In this document: one piece after another, positions 33,697 to 44,003 of the stretch
Layout of the letters: each line of letters begins with the position of its first letter
Numbering within the stretch: the stretch's first letter is position 1
Source of the DNA: Gemmatimonadales bacterium
Lineage (GTDB): Bacteria; Gemmatimonadota; Gemmatimonadetes; Gemmatimonadales; GWC2-71-9
Length of the DNA: 64,000 nt
Assembly: GCA_035710265.1 (NCBI GenBank)
Contig: DASTDR010000331.1
Coordinates: 2,750 to 66,749, forward strand
Direction: 5' to 3'
The notes under the pieces: generated by a model
The model's input: the letters and a program-made list of their open reading frames with translations, nothing else
The model's database searches: none
What the model was told of the DNA's origin: nothing
Translations under genes and position numbers: made by a program

Positions 33697-34600
33697 GCGA
33701 ATTGCCGTTCTGGTGATGGCGTATGGCGGGCCGGGCAACATCGCCGAGGTTGACGCCTATCTGATGGATGTGCGCGGCGGCCGGCCTACCAAACCGGAGC
33801 TCGTCGAAGAAATCCGCGCCCGCTACGCGCGGATCGGTGGGCGGTCGCCGATCCTCGAGCTCACGCGCGCGCAAGCCGCGGGGATCGGCCGAGTGCTCGG
33901 CCCCGGGTTCGAAACATTTGTCGGCATGCGCCACTGGCGGCCGTATATCCAGGAGACCGTGCGCGCCATCGAGGCGCAGGGCTTTACGCGCGTCGTCGGC
34001 GTCGCGATGGCACCGCACTACTCGAACATGTCCGTCGGGGCTTACGAGAAGAAGTTGCTGCAGGCCGCCGATGGACGGTTGGACGTGACACTCGTGCGCA
34101 GGTGGTGGCAACAGCCGCAGTTTCGGGATGCCACAGCGAACCGCATCCGCCAGGCCCTGTCCCGCTTTCCCGAAGGCACCACGCCTCAAGTCATCTTCAC
34201 CGCCCACAGCTTGCCCGAAAAGATCGTCGCGTCCGCCGACCCGTACCCGGACGAGCTCAAGGCGAGCGCGGCGGAGGTGGCGGCACGGGCAGGCCTGGAG
34301 GAATGGCGCTTCGCCTATCAAAGCGCGGGTGCGACGGGCGAGCCGTGGCTCGGCCCCGATGCGGAGGAAGTGATTACAGCGCTCGCTCGGGCAGGGGAAA
34401 CTGCCGTGCTGCTCGTCCCGATCGGCTTCGTGTGCGATCACGTCGAGATCCTGTACGACATCGACGTCGAGTATCAGGACCTCGCCAAGCGCCTCGGCAT
34501 CCAGCTCGAGCGGACTACATCGCTCAACGACGACCCTGGACTCGTCGCGGCGGTGGCGGCGGCAGTCCGCGGCGCAGCCCGGCAACGAGGCTGGCTCTGA
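33686..34600 (+). CDS. hemH: ferrochelatase (probably coproporphyrin ferrochelatase, given the hemQ/hemY context)
   Basis: 304 aa with motifs ..VLVMAYGGP.., ..FTAHSLP.. and ..VPIGFVCDHVEILYDID... It overlaps the end of hemE by 11 nt. Confidence 0.92.
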   Translation: MTAERIAVLVMAYGGPGNIAEVDAYLMDVRGGRPTKPELVEEIRARYARIGGRSPILELTRAQAAGIGRVLGPGFETFVGMRHWRPYIQETVRAIEAQGFTRVVGVAMAPHYSNMSVGAYEKKLLQAADGRLDVTLVRRWWQQPQFRDATANRIRQALSRFPEGTTPQVIFTAHSLPEKIVASADPYPDELKASAAEVAARAGLEEWRFAYQSAGATGEPWLGPDAEEVITALARAGETAVLLVPIGFVCDHVEILYDIDVEYQDLAKRLGIQLERTTSLNDDPGLVAAVAAAVRGAARQRGWL

Positions 34601-35649
34601 CGGTCATCGTCGCCGGAGCCGGGATCGCCGGACTCGCGGCAGCCTGGGAGCTCACGCGTCAGGGCGTAGCCGACGTGCTGGTGCTCGAGAGTGAGCGCCG
34701 GGCCGGCGGGATCATCGTTACGGAGCAGGTCGACGGGTTCATCGTGGAAGGCGGCCCCGATGGATTTCTCGCGGGAGAGCCTGAGCTTCCGGCGCTCGCC
34801 GCGGAGCTCGGCATTGCCGATCGCCTCGTCGACCAGCAAGCGCGCGGCACCGCGCTCTGGAACGGGACCGCGCTGGCGCCGCTCGACGAGGGCCGCGCCG
34901 CCGCCCTGCTCGGTATCGACGCCACCAAGGCCGAGGTTGCCGCCGGCTTTCGCAGCTTCGCGAGGGGCTTAGCCGAGCCGGTCGCCGCGCTCGTGGATCG
35001 ACTCGCGGGAACAGTGAAATTCGCGCAGGGCATCTCGGGTCTGGTACCCACTAAGAGCCGGTGGCATGTCGCGGTCACGGGCGGCTCGGCGCACGACGCC
35101 GACGGGATCGTGCTCGCATTGCCCGCGTACATGGCGGGGCGGCTACTCGAGGCGGCCGGAGCGAGTCACGCGCGCGAGCTCGCCGAGACGCCGTACCTCC
35201 CCACCATCACGGTGTCGCTCGCGTATCGCGAGGCTCAGCTCACCCGGCCGCTGACGGGCGCGGGGTTCGTTGTGGAATCACCGCAGCAGCTCCGTGCCTG
35301 CACGTTCTCGTGGCTGAAGTTTCCGGACCGAGCTCCGAGTGGTCATGCGCTGCTGCGCGCATATCTGCCGCCGCAAGACGGCGACCCGGCACGGATGGCG
35401 CACGCGCAGTTGGCAGCCATCCTGGGAATCCGCGGTGAGCCGTTATGGATGAAGACCTACTACTGGAATCGCGGGCTCCCGCGCTATCGCGCACACCATT
35501 CCGAGCAAGTCGCCGGCGTGCGCCGCCGCCTGGAGCGGCTGCCGCCGGTTGCGATCGCGGGGGCGGGCTACGACGGCGCCGGCGTGTCGGCGTGCGTTCG
35601 CTCGGGTCGCGCAGCCGCGCGGCTCATCGTCCAGCGAATGGCTCGATGA
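34597..35649 (+). CDS. hemY: protoporphyrinogen/coproporphyrinogen III oxidase (HemY/CgoX, FAD-dependent); probable CTG start
   Basis: The dinucleotide-binding motif VIVAGAGIAGLAAAWEL is at the N-terminus. The only start-like codons just upstream are CTG at 34597 (CTGA overlap with the hemH stop) and CTG at 34591. The track start at 34102 lies inside hemH. Confidence 0.85.
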   Translation: MTVIVAGAGIAGLAAAWELTRQGVADVLVLESERRAGGIIVTEQVDGFIVEGGPDGFLAGEPELPALAAELGIADRLVDQQARGTALWNGTALAPLDEGRAAALLGIDATKAEVAAGFRSFARGLAEPVAALVDRLAGTVKFAQGISGLVPTKSRWHVAVTGGSAHDADGIVLALPAYMAGRLLEAAGASHARELAETPYLPTITVSLAYREAQLTRPLTGAGFVVESPQQLRACTFSWLKFPDRAPSGHALLRAYLPPQDGDPARMAHAQLAAILGIRGEPLWMKTYYWNRGLPRYRAHHSEQVAGVRRRLERLPPVAIAGAGYDGAGVSACVRSGRAAARLIVQRMAR

Positions 35650-35658
35650 TCGGGAGAG

Positions 35659-37683
35659 CTACAGCAGGCTTCGGGCGGTATCGACCACGTGTTCTACGGT
35701 GAGACCGAACTCCTGATAGATCCGCTGATAGGGCGCCGACGCGCCGAAGCGCTCGATTCCGAGTACCACGCCGCTGCGGTCCAGCCAGCGCTGCCAGGGC
35801 TGGGGCGACCCAGCCTCGACGGCCACGAGCGGAAGGTCGGGCGGCAACACACTCGCGCGGTAACTCTCCGGTTGCTTGGCGAAATACTCCATGCACGGCA
35901 TGGAGACGGCGCGGGGGCGCCGGCCTTCCGCTTTGAGCTTCTCGTAGGCGCCGAGCACGAGCTCCACCTCCGAGCCGGTACCGACCAGCACGAGCTCCGG
36001 ATTCGAGGAATCGGCCAGCACATACGCGCCCTTAAGCAAGCCGGCGGCCGGGGCGTACTTCGTCCGGTCAATGGCGGCCACCTTTTGCCGCGTGAGCACC
36101 AGTGCCACGGGTCCGATGCGATGGGTGACGGCGGCACGCCAAGCCTCCACGACCTCTGTGGCATCGGAAGGGCGGATCACCACCAGGTTGGGAATGGCGC
36201 GCAGTGCCGCGAGCTGCTCGATCGGCTGATGCGTGGGGCCATCCTCCCCCAATCCGATTGAGTCGTGCGTGAAAACGTAAATCGTCCGCAGGTGGGTCAG
36301 CGCGGCCAACCGAATCGACGGACGCATGTAATCGGAGAAGATCAGGAATGTCCCGCCGAACGGAATGAACCCGCCGTGCAGCGCGAGTCCGTTCATGGCG
36401 GCGCCCATGCCATGCTCTCGGATTCCAAAATGAAAATTGCGACCCGTGTGGTTTGTCGCGCTGAATACGCCGGCGCCTTTGAGCTCGGTGTTGTTGGAGC
36501 CGGTGAGGTCGGCGGAGCCGCCAATCAGCTCCGGTATCTTCGCAGCGATCGCATTGAGCACCTTGCCGGAGGCGGCACGGGTGGCCAGCGCATCCTTGGG
36601 GCCGAATGCTGGTAGCGCGGCATCCCAGCCTTCGGGGAGCCGGCCGGCGAAGCGGCGGTCGAGCTCCGCGGCGAGATCGGGATGCTCGGCGCGGTAGGCG
36701 TCCCACCGTTTGCGCCAGTCGGATTCCATCCGGGCGCCGCGCGGCTTGGCACTGCGCCAGCGCTCGAGCGCCTCTTCCGGCACGAAAAACGGCTCGGTCG
36801 AGGGCCAGCCAAGATTCTGCTTTGTGAGCCTGATCTCCTCCACCCCCAGCGGCGCGCCGTGCGCGTCGGCGGTGTCCTGCTTGTTGGGGCTGCCCCAGCC
36901 GATGTGCGTGCGCACGATGATCAGCGATGGCCGCGCGCGCTCACGTTGTGCCGCCACGATCGCGGCGTCGATCGCCTCGAGATCATTGCCGTCTTCCAGG
37001 CGCTGGACGTGCCAGCCGTACGACTCGAAGCGCCGCGCCGTATCATCGGAGAACGCGAGATCGGTAGACCCGTCGATTGTGATGCGATTGTCGTCGTAGA
37101 AACCGATCAGCTTGCCCAGTTTGAGATGGCCGGCGAGCGAGCATGCCTCGTGCGAGATCCCCTCCATCAGGTCGCCGTCGGACGCGAGGAAGTAGGTGTA
37201 ATGATTGAAGATCTCGTGCCCGGGCCCCCCCCGGTTGTAGAGCGCCGCGAGCTGCGCCTCGGCGATCGCCATCCCGACCGCGTTTCCCGTGCCCTGGCCG
37301 AGGGGACCGGTTGTGGCCTCGACCCCCGGGGTCATGCCGCGCTCGGGATGACCCGGCGTTTTGCTCCCCCATTGCCGGAAGTTCTTGATGTCGTCGAGCG
37401 TGATCTCGTAGCCGGTGAGATACAGCACGCTGTACAGCAGCATGCATGCATGTCCCGCTGAGAGCACGAAGCGATCGCGGTCGCGCCACTCGGGGTTCGC
37501 GGGATTGTACTTGAGATGCCGCAGCCAGAGCACGTAGGCGAGCGGCGCGAGTGCCATCGCGGTGCCCGGGTGGCCGGAGTCCGCTTGCTGCACCGCGTCC
37601 ATCGCGAGCGTGCGGACGGTATTGATCGATAATTGATCGAGATCGACGTGTGTGGCTGAGACAGGCGTGGCAGTTTTGGTCAT
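35659..37683 (-). CDS. tkt: transketolase
   Basis: Motifs include ..[17 protein letters not shown].., a ThDP-binding ..GDG.LMEG.. segment and ..[17 protein letters not shown]... The ATG at 37683 is preferred and overlaps the upstream stop (ATGA). Confidence 0.96.
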   Translation of the reverse strand: MTKTATPVSATHVDLDQLSINTVRTLAMDAVQQADSGHPGTAMALAPLAYVLWLRHLKYNPANPEWRDRDRFVLSAGHACMLLYSVLYLTGYEITLDDIKNFRQWGSKTPGHPERGMTPGVEATTGPLGQGTGNAVGMAIAEAQLAALYNRGGPGHEIFNHYTYFLASDGDLMEGISHEACSLAGHLKLGKLIGFYDDNRITIDGSTDLAFSDDTARRFESYGWHVQRLEDGNDLEAIDAAIVAAQRERARPSLIIVRTHIGWGSPNKQDTADAHGAPLGVEEIRLTKQNLGWPSTEPFFVPEEALERWRSAKPRGARMESDWRKRWDAYRAEHPDLAAELDRRFAGRLPEGWDAALPAFGPKDALATRAASGKVLNAIAAKIPELIGGSADLTGSNNTELKGAGVFSATNHTGRNFHFGIREHGMGAAMNGLALHGGFIPFGGTFLIFSDYMRPSIRLAALTHLRTIYVFTHDSIGLGEDGPTHQPIEQLAALRAIPNLVVIRPSDATEVVEAWRAAVTHRIGPVALVLTRQKVAAIDRTKYAPAAGLLKGAYVLADSSNPELVLVGTGSEVELVLGAYEKLKAEGRRPRAVSMPCMEYFAKQPESYRASVLPPDLPLVAVEAGSPQPWQRWLDRSGVVLGIERFGASAPYQRIYQEFGLTVEHVVDTARSLL

Positions 37684-37982
37684 AGCAATCCGGATTTGGC
37701 GGCCTGCCACAGTTTGGTCAGGCGATCGAAGCCGTCGACCAGAAGCTCGACCTGCTGCGGCGACGGGCTGGCCTGCGCCGCGATCTTCAATTCATCGACG
37801 AGCTTCGGCATCTCGTGGCGCCCCTGCTTCCTGCTTTCCACGCCGATTTGCGTCAACAGATCCATGATCTTCTGCCGAGCACCGGCGTCCTTGGGGACCT
37901 GCCACAAATACTCGGCGGTCTGTTTCCCTTCGGCACACAGCCGGCCGAGGGAATCCATGAGGGGGCCCTTGGGATCGTTCAT
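37680..37982 (-). CDS. small helical hypothetical protein
   Basis: 100 aa, translationally coupled to tkt. No family was recognised. Confidence 0.55.
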   Translation of the reverse strand: MNDPKGPLMDSLGRLCAEGKQTAEYLWQVPKDAGARQKIMDLLTQIGVESRKQGRHEMPKLVDELKIAAQASPSPQQVELLVDGFDRLTKLWQAAKSGLL

Positions 37983-38013
37983 CGAACTAATCTAACATTG
38001 CCTGAGCGTTTGA

Positions 38014-39048
38014 ATGCCTCTAGCTTGCCAGCCCATGGTGACGCTCTCACTCCTGCTCGCTGCGCTGCAAGCCCTCCCCGCGGATTCCGGGGAAACGCAT
38101 TTGCGCAATATCCGGCAGCTCACGTTCGGCGGCCAGAACGCCGAAGCCTATTTCTCGCGCTCGGGACGGCAGATCATCCTGCAGCGCCAGGTCTCCGACT
38201 CCGGCTGTGACCAGCAGTTCGTCATGAATGCGGACGGGACGAATCTGCACCGCGTCTCCAGCGGGAAAGGCCGCACGACCTGCGGATACTTCTTCGACAA
38301 CGATCGCCGGATTCTCTATGCGACGACCGAGCATCGTGGCGCTGCCTGCCCGCCGCGCCCGGACTATTCCCGCGGGTACGTGTGGGCGCTCTACGACTAC
38401 GACATCGTCGTCGCCAACGCCGACGGGAGCAAGACCCGGCGGATCACCCACAATCCGCGTTACGATGCCGAGGGCACGCTCTCGCCCGATGGGAAGACCA
38501 TCGTCTTCACCTCGCTGCGCGACGGCGATCTCGACATCTACACGATGAACGTCGACGGCACGAATTTGCGGCGGCTCACGACGACACTTGGCTATGACGG
38601 TGGCCCGTTCTTCTCGGCCGATGGCACGCAGATCGTGTATCGCGCCTGGCATCCTCAGACCGCTGCGGATTCGGGCGAATACACCAGCTTGCTGGCGCAC
38701 AACCTGGTGCGTCCCTCGCGCATGGAAGTCTGGGTCATGAACGCGGACGGCTCAGGGCAGCGCCAGGTGACGACGTTGGGTGGCGCGAATTTCGCCCCGT
38801 ACTTTCATCCGGATGGCCGCCGGATCCTGTTCGCATCGAACCATAAGAACCCGCGGTCACGCAACTTCGATCTCTACTTGATCAATACCGACGGCACGGG
38901 TCTCGAGCAGGTCACGACGCACGCCGAGTTCGACTCGTTTGCGATGTTCTCGCCTGACGGCCGGCGGCTCCTGTGGGCCTCGAATCGTCACGGAAAAGTG
39001 CCGGGCGAGACCAACATCTTCATCGCTGACTGGGTGGACGAGCCGTGA
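38014..39048 (+). CDS. periplasmic TolB-like PD40 beta-propeller protein
   Basis: It has a signal peptide and repeated PD40 units (SPDGKTIVFTSLRDGDLDIYTMNVDGTNLRRLT; HPDGRRILFASN..FDLYLINTDGTGLEQVT; SPDGRRLLWASNR). Confidence 0.85.
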   Translation: MPLACQPMVTLSLLLAALQALPADSGETHLRNIRQLTFGGQNAEAYFSRSGRQIILQRQVSDSGCDQQFVMNADGTNLHRVSSGKGRTTCGYFFDNDRRILYATTEHRGAACPPRPDYSRGYVWALYDYDIVVANADGSKTRRITHNPRYDAEGTLSPDGKTIVFTSLRDGDLDIYTMNVDGTNLRRLTTTLGYDGGPFFSADGTQIVYRAWHPQTAADSGEYTSLLAHNLVRPSRMEVWVMNADGSGQRQVTTLGGANFAPYFHPDGRRILFASNHKNPRSRNFDLYLINTDGTGLEQVTTHAEFDSFAMFSPDGRRLLWASNRHGKVPGETNIFIADWVDEP

Positions 39049-39806
39049 CCGCATCCCGCCCTCCACAAGCTCCATCATCCTCACCCAAACCTGCACAACC
39101 GCTCAAAAAGACGGTCAAGGACGAGGCGGTCGCCTGGGCCCGCGCGATCGGCGCCGCTTTCCTTATCTGGATCGTGCTGCGCTCGTTCCTGGTCGAAGCG
39201 TTTCGGATTCCGTCGCCGAGCATGGAAAACACCCTGCTGATCGGCGACTTCCTGTTCGTAAACAAGGCGGTGTTCGGGGGAGAGCTGGAAATCCCGCTGA
39301 CCGGCTTTCATTGCTGCCGCTTGCCGTCGTTCACGACGCCCAAGCGCCAGGATGTGGTGATCTTCCGGTCGGTCGAAGACTCGACGCCCAACCTGAACAT
39401 CGTGAAGCGGGTGATCGGCACTCCGGGCGATACGCTGCAGATGGTCCACGATACCGTTATCCGTAACGGGCAGCGGCTGGACGAGCCGTACGCGCTGCAT
39501 ACGGCGCTGACGCCGGTCCCCGATGACGAGTTCCGCCTCCAGCTGATTCGCGCGTGGCAACTCCCGCACTACGTCGGCCGCGACGCCGGCCGCTATCGGC
39601 CCACCACCCATGACTGGGGCCCGATCGTCGTGCCGCCACAGCATTACTTCGTGATGGGTGACAATCGGGATCAGTCCTACGACAGCCGCTATTGGGGATT
39701 CCTGCCGCGCGCACACATCCGGGGCAGGCCGCTCTTCATCTATATGAGTGTTGCCACCCGGCCGTTCCGGATTCGCTGGAACCGGCTGTTGCGTCATCCG
39801 TCCTAG
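39045..39806 (+). CDS. lepB: signal peptidase I
   Basis: It has the catalytic Ser box IPSPSMENTLLIGD, a Lys box KRVIGTPGD and GDNRDQSYDSRYWGF. The GTG start overlaps the upstream stop (GTGA). Confidence 0.93.
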   Translation: MTASRPPQAPSSSPKPAQPLKKTVKDEAVAWARAIGAAFLIWIVLRSFLVEAFRIPSPSMENTLLIGDFLFVNKAVFGGELEIPLTGFHCCRLPSFTTPKRQDVVIFRSVEDSTPNLNIVKRVIGTPGDTLQMVHDTVIRNGQRLDEPYALHTALTPVPDDEFRLQLIRAWQLPHYVGRDAGRYRPTTHDWGPIVVPPQHYFVMGDNRDQSYDSRYWGFLPRAHIRGRPLFIYMSVATRPFRIRWNRLLRHPS

Positions 39807-39808
39807 TC

Positions 39809-39862
39809 GTCGGTTCTCGGTTGTCGGTTGTCAGTACTGACGACCGATGACTGATGACCGAC
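39809..39862 (+). terminator. long imperfect hairpin downstream of lepB
   Basis: A stem of about 27 bp is centred on AGTACT (39833-39838). It has one mismatch, and several G:U pairs that exist only in the + strand RNA. It is followed by UACUUAUAU. Confidence 0.5.
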
Positions 39863-40077
39863 TACTTATATCGGTAGGTAATTCGTCCCCGGGTGAGATC
39901 GTACGGAGACAGATCAACGGCGACGCGATCTCCCTGCAAGATCCGGATGTAGTTCTTGCGCATCTTGCCGCTGACGTAGGCAAGCACTTCATGTCCATTT
40001 TCGAGTTTTACGCGGAACGTCGTGTTCGGTAGCACTTCGGTGACGGTCCCCATCATCTGAATCGCGTCACCAGCCAC
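39862..40077 (-). CDS. infA: translation initiation factor IF-1
   Basis: 71 aa with a GTG start. The segment ..[62 protein letters not shown] is near-canonical IF-1. Confidence 0.96.
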   Translation of the reverse strand: MAGDAIQMMGTVTEVLPNTTFRVKLENGHEVLAYVSGKMRKNYIRILQGDRVAVDLSPYDLTRGRITYRYK

Positions 40078-40089
40078 GCAGATCTCCGG

Positions 40090-40356
40090 TCATAAGCTCC
40101 TTGGGTCCATGGTTGCGTCCCGCGGGGGCTCCATCCCCCGGGTGATATAGTACGCGTGTCGGCTGCAGCCGCCACAGGTCAGGCTGATCCGCTCCGGTAT
40201 GACGATCTCACCCAGGCGCGAGGGACGGCGGCGCGGCGAGCGCTGAATCGTCCGGGTTCCACACGATGGGCACACGAGCGGCTCATGTGCCCGATCTGCT
40301 GCAATGAGCGCGAGTGCTTCCGGCGCCCGGTACTCCTTGATCCCTCGTCTTCCCAC
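40090..40356 (-). CDS. small zinc-ribbon hypothetical protein
   Basis: 88 aa with CPSC...CGGC. It lies immediately upstream of infA on the same strand. Confidence 0.45.
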   Translation of the reverse strand: MGRRGIKEYRAPEALALIAADRAHEPLVCPSCGTRTIQRSPRRRPSRLGEIVIPERISLTCGGCSRHAYYITRGMEPPRDATMDPRSL

Positions 40357-40446
40357 GGCGGCTCCCCTCTGGGTCGAAATCTATACTACCCCCTTCTTGA
40401 CGCGCTTCCCCGGCGGGCTATCTCTCCCACAACCAGGAGAGGTTGC

Positions 40447-40731
40447 ATGGACAACGCCCGGACGCGCCACCGCACCGACCCGATTCCCCAGTCCCGAACC
40501 CCGACGGCTCCCTACCAGCCGGTGGCCGCCATCGAGGTGGATGCCGTGATGCCGGCGGAGCGTGGTTTCACGCTCACGGGCCAGGGCGCGCCGCCTGATC
40601 GCGCGCTGTACCGGCTCGAGCTGCGCTTCGAGCTGCCGCTCGACGCCCGCACCCGCACGGTGCTGGGTGAGCTGCTGTCGCAGTCAGGCATCACCTTGTC
40701 GCGAAGAGACACGGCCGTTCGTAATTCTTGA
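40447..40731 (+). CDS. hypothetical protein (94 aa)
   Basis: The ATG at 40447 is preceded by AGGAGAGG. The track ORF (40156..) extends upstream over the opposite-strand gene. Confidence 0.45.
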   Translation: MDNARTRHRTDPIPQSRTPTAPYQPVAAIEVDAVMPAERGFTLTGQGAPPDRALYRLELRFELPLDARTRTVLGELLSQSGITLSRRDTAVRNS

Positions 40732-40797
40732 CGCGCCCGAGGGGGGTATGTAGCTTGGGCGACCTTTTGAACCCGCAACCCTAACCCCAACCCCGGC

Positions 40798-41106
40798 ATG
40801 GCTGCTGAGCTAGGCGGTTCGCAGATCTCGTCGTTACTCGAAGCCCTTCCCGGCATCGCCAGCGTGCTGCGCAGTCCGGTGGCGGACGCGCTCATCAAGG
40901 CGATGCGTGCCGCGGCGGGCATCGCGGATTTCACCCCGGAAGACGCGGAAGAGCTGGTGCGCTACGCCGTGCGCCGTGGCTTGATAGGTCCGGACGAAGG
41001 CGATCGCGTGCTCGCGGAGGTGCAGGAAGGCCTCCGGAAGAAAAAGCCGGTGCCGGTGAAGAAAACCGCGCCGAAGAAAGGGAAGAAGCCGCCGGCGCGG
41101 CGCTAG
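40798..41106 (+). CDS. hypothetical protein with a Lys/Pro-rich basic tail
   Basis: 102 aa with the C-terminal tail [22 protein letters not shown]. No family was recognised. Confidence 0.5.
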   Translation: MAAELGGSQISSLLEALPGIASVLRSPVADALIKAMRAAAGIADFTPEDAEELVRYAVRRGLIGPDEGDRVLAEVQEGLRKKKPVPVKKTAPKKGKKPPARR

Positions 41107-42797
41107 ACGCGAAAGCCGCGCACCAAGCCGCGCAACTTTTCGGCCGCCTGGAGCAAGTCTCCGGCGGCCGCTGCCATTTCCTGGGTCGACGCGCCCTGCT
41201 GCTCGGTGGCGGCCGTGACCTGCTCCGCGCTCGTCGCATGCGCCACCGCGCGATTGACCACCTGCTGCGCCTGCGCGCCGAGCTGCTCGGTCACGCCGCG
41301 GTTCTCGTTCGCCGCTTTGGTCACCTGCGCGGCCGCCTGCTCGACCTGCTCGACCGCCGCGACGATCTCGGTGAGGCCGCGCGCCGCGCCCGCCGCGACC
41401 GACTCGATCCCCCGCACCTTGGCTTGTCCCACGGACATCGTCGCCGTGACTTCTTCGACTTGCTCGCGAATCACGCGCGTCGTCCTGGCGACGTCTTCGG
41501 CCGCGCGCGCCGACTCGTCGGCGAGCTGGCGCACTTCCTCCGCCACGACCGCGAAGCCGCGGCCATGCTCGCCGGCGCGCGCGGCCTCGATGGCGGCGTT
41601 CAACGCGAGCAGGTTGGTCTGCGAGGAAATCCGCTTGATCAGCTCGACGAAGTCGTCGATCGCCGCGCTCTGCTGGGCGAGCTGCGTCACTTCGGTCGCG
41701 GTCGTCCGGACCACCTCGCGCACATCGAGCAGCGTCGACCCTGCCGCGGCGACGTCGTTGCGGTGCCGGTCCGCCACCGTGCGGATTTCCTCCCCGAGCC
41801 GCGCCACACGTGCGGCCGCTTCAGCCATCTCGGCGGTGACGCGCCGCTGCTGCTCCAGCGCCGACTGCGTGGCGCGCAGCTCGCTGCGCTGCTGCTCGGC
41901 GCCGCCCGAGATCTCGAGCATGGCGCTCGATACCTGGCTCGACGATGCAGCCAGCTCTTCACTCACCGAGGAAAGATCACTGGCGGAGGCGGCGATCCTG
42001 TCGGCAGAGCCCACGACCTCCGACACGATGCCGCGGAGCCGCTCGCCCATCTGGCGCATCGCGTCGGCGAGTACCTGAAACTCGCGGGGCATGCGCCCGG
42101 TCGTAACGGGGCGAAGGTCTCCGCTCCCGAACCGCTCCGCGGCGGTCACGAGACGCACCAGCGGCCCCTCCACCCAGCGCAGCGTCAACGCGCCGACCAC
42201 CACGCCGACGGCCAGCGTCGTCACGAGCACCAGCCATAACAGGACTTCGCGTTCACGGGCCAGGCGCGTCAGGCGCTGGCCCGCCGAAGTAGCGCGGTCT
42301 GCTTGCCGGGTCGACAACTCCCGCACCAGGCGCGTCAGCTCGGTAACCGGCTCGCGCACCGCGGCGGCTGCCGTGGCCGCCGCGCCGCGCCGCCCCAAAT
42401 CGATGTTGGCATGCGCGATCGAGTAATCGACGTGAATCGCGGATTGGAGCTGCTTGATGCGGTTCACGGTTATCCGGTCCGCTTCCGTCAGCGCCGGCAG
42501 CTCGTCCAGCTGCTTCTGATAGCGGAACGCGGCGTCGGCCGCGGCTTGGAACTGATCCGCGGCCTGTTGGGTGCCGTCGTCGAGGTACTCGTGGGCAGCG
42601 CGAATTTCGTCGAACACGGCCGTCACGAGACCGTTGCCGACTTCGCTCGATGCGCGGAGGTGCTCGATCTCCGTGCTCAATGAGCGGCGCAGCGTGGCGA
42701 GGGAGGTCACCCCGACGAGCGCGGCGATCACCAGACCGGCGAGCAGGCCCGAGAGCCCGAGGATGATGCGCCAGCGAATCGTATCGAGCCTGTTCAT
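41103..42797 (-). CDS. methyl-accepting chemotaxis protein
   Basis: 564 aa with two TM helices flanking a helical sensor, then a HAMP domain. The highly conserved signalling hairpin is ..[39 protein letters not shown]... Confidence 0.93.
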   Translation of the reverse strand: MNRLDTIRWRIILGLSGLLAGLVIAALVGVTSLATLRRSLSTEIEHLRASSEVGNGLVTAVFDEIRAAHEYLDDGTQQAADQFQAAADAAFRYQKQLDELPALTEADRITVNRIKQLQSAIHVDYSIAHANIDLGRRGAAATAAAAVREPVTELTRLVRELSTRQADRATSAGQRLTRLAREREVLLWLVLVTTLAVGVVVGALTLRWVEGPLVRLVTAAERFGSGDLRPVTTGRMPREFQVLADAMRQMGERLRGIVSEVVGSADRIAASASDLSSVSEELAASSSQVSSAMLEISGGAEQQRSELRATQSALEQQRRVTAEMAEAAARVARLGEEIRTVADRHRNDVAAAGSTLLDVREVVRTTATEVTQLAQQSAAIDDFVELIKRISSQTNLLALNAAIEAARAGEHGRGFAVVAEEVRQLADESARAAEDVARTTRVIREQVEEVTATMSVGQAKVRGIESVAAGAARGLTEIVAAVEQVEQAAAQVTKAANENRGVTEQLGAQAQQVVNRAVAHATSAEQVTAATEQQGASTQEMAAAAGDLLQAAEKLRGLVRGFRV

Positions 42798-43912
42798 TGC
42801 GCCGATTGCGTGACCAAACGCCCGCTCCTCACCTCACCGATCACGACTGATTTCGCCGGGACGTCCCCACGCGCGTCGAAGCCGATGGTGCCGGTGACGC
42901 CCTCAAACGCCGGCACCTCGGAGCCGACGCGGGCAAGCCGGTCGCGTATCGCGCGGCGGTTCGTGCCTGCGTCGGTCAACACCGTCGCCAGTAGCTGCAC
43001 GATGTCGTATGCGCCCGCGCCCCGATGGTCCGGCCGTTCGCCCGGGTACGCGCGCGCGTACGCCTCGACGAACCGCTCGTTGCGAGTGCCGGGCCGGTCG
43101 ATCAAATACGCGGTGGAAATACGCACGCCGTCGGCGAGCGGTCCCGCGGTCTCGAGGCCGGTCAGCGCGTCACCGCCGAGCGCAGCCCAAGCGACGCCGA
43201 TCCGCGCCATATCCCGCAGCGCCAGCTCGGCGCCGGTGCGCTCGGTGGCCAGCATCAGGGCATCCACGCCGCCGCGTTGCTTGAGGCGGGAGAGGTAGGG
43301 CTCCAGGCTCGCAGTGGACGAGAGTGCTGGATCTTCCTCGAGGACCTCGCCGCCCAGACGCCGAAACTCGGCGGCGAAGCTGAGTCGGAGCCCTCGTCCG
43401 TAGTCGTCCTCGACGTAAATCACGCCGACCCGGCGCGCGCCCAGCGTCTGCCGCGCAAACCGGGCGAGCTGCGCGCCGTGGCTGAGATCCGTGGGGCAGA
43501 CTCTGAACACGTAGGGATTCACGCCGGACAGATCTGGACTCGAAGCGGACGGCGAAATCATGACGACGGGCCGGCGGGCCGTGCCATACACCCGGCCGGC
43601 CACGAGTGAGGTGCCTGAGGTCAGATGTCCCACGACGGCGACGACGGCGGGATCCTCCACCAACACGCGCGCGACGCGAATCGCAACGTCGGGCCGCGCG
43701 CTGTCGTCCATGATGCGGAGCGCTAGCTGGCGCCCGCGTATACCGCCACGTGCGTTGATTTCCTTTACGGCGAGCTCGGCGGCGTGCTGCATGGACGTTC
43801 CACGGGGTTGTGAGAACGGTCCCACCAGCCCCAACACGATCGGTCCCTTTTCGCCGCCGGCGCTTCCAGAACAGCCTGCGATGATCAAAATGCCGGCGAG
43901 GAGCCTTCGCAG
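42794..43912 (-). CDS. periplasmic substrate-binding lipoprotein (LivJ / type-1 PBP family); probable CTG start
   Basis: The fold is Peripla_BP_6-like (..[14 protein letters not shown].., ..[11 protein letters not shown]..). The TTG track start (43888) leaves no signal peptide. The in-frame CTG at 43912, after GAGGAGG, gives the lipoprotein signal (M)[15 protein letters not shown]. It overlaps the MCP gene by 4 nt. Confidence 0.85.
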   Translation of the reverse strand: MRRLLAGILIIAGCSGSAGGEKGPIVLGLVGPFSQPRGTSMQHAAELAVKEINARGGIRGRQLALRIMDDSARPDVAIRVARVLVEDPAVVAVVGHLTSGTSLVAGRVYGTARRPVVMISPSASSPDLSGVNPYVFRVCPTDLSHGAQLARFARQTLGARRVGVIYVEDDYGRGLRLSFAAEFRRLGGEVLEEDPALSSTASLEPYLSRLKQRGGVDALMLATERTGAELALRDMARIGVAWAALGGDALTGLETAGPLADGVRISTAYLIDRPGTRNERFVEAYARAYPGERPDHRGAGAYDIVQLLATVLTDAGTNRRAIRDRLARVGSEVPAFEGVTGTIGFDARGDVPAKSVVIGEVRSGRLVTQSAQ

Positions 43913-44003
43913 AATTCCTCCTCGATGTGGAGAGGGAGAGTGCGGGCAAGGTTAAGCCTCTCCATGGGATAGCGCAATATCCACGCGCTTTCCACATTAG
44001 GGC

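Noticed and set aside
40765-40795. Telomere-like CCCTAACCCCAACCCC string
   Set aside because: It is a single short occurrence in an ordinary intergenic or promoter region, with no tandem array.
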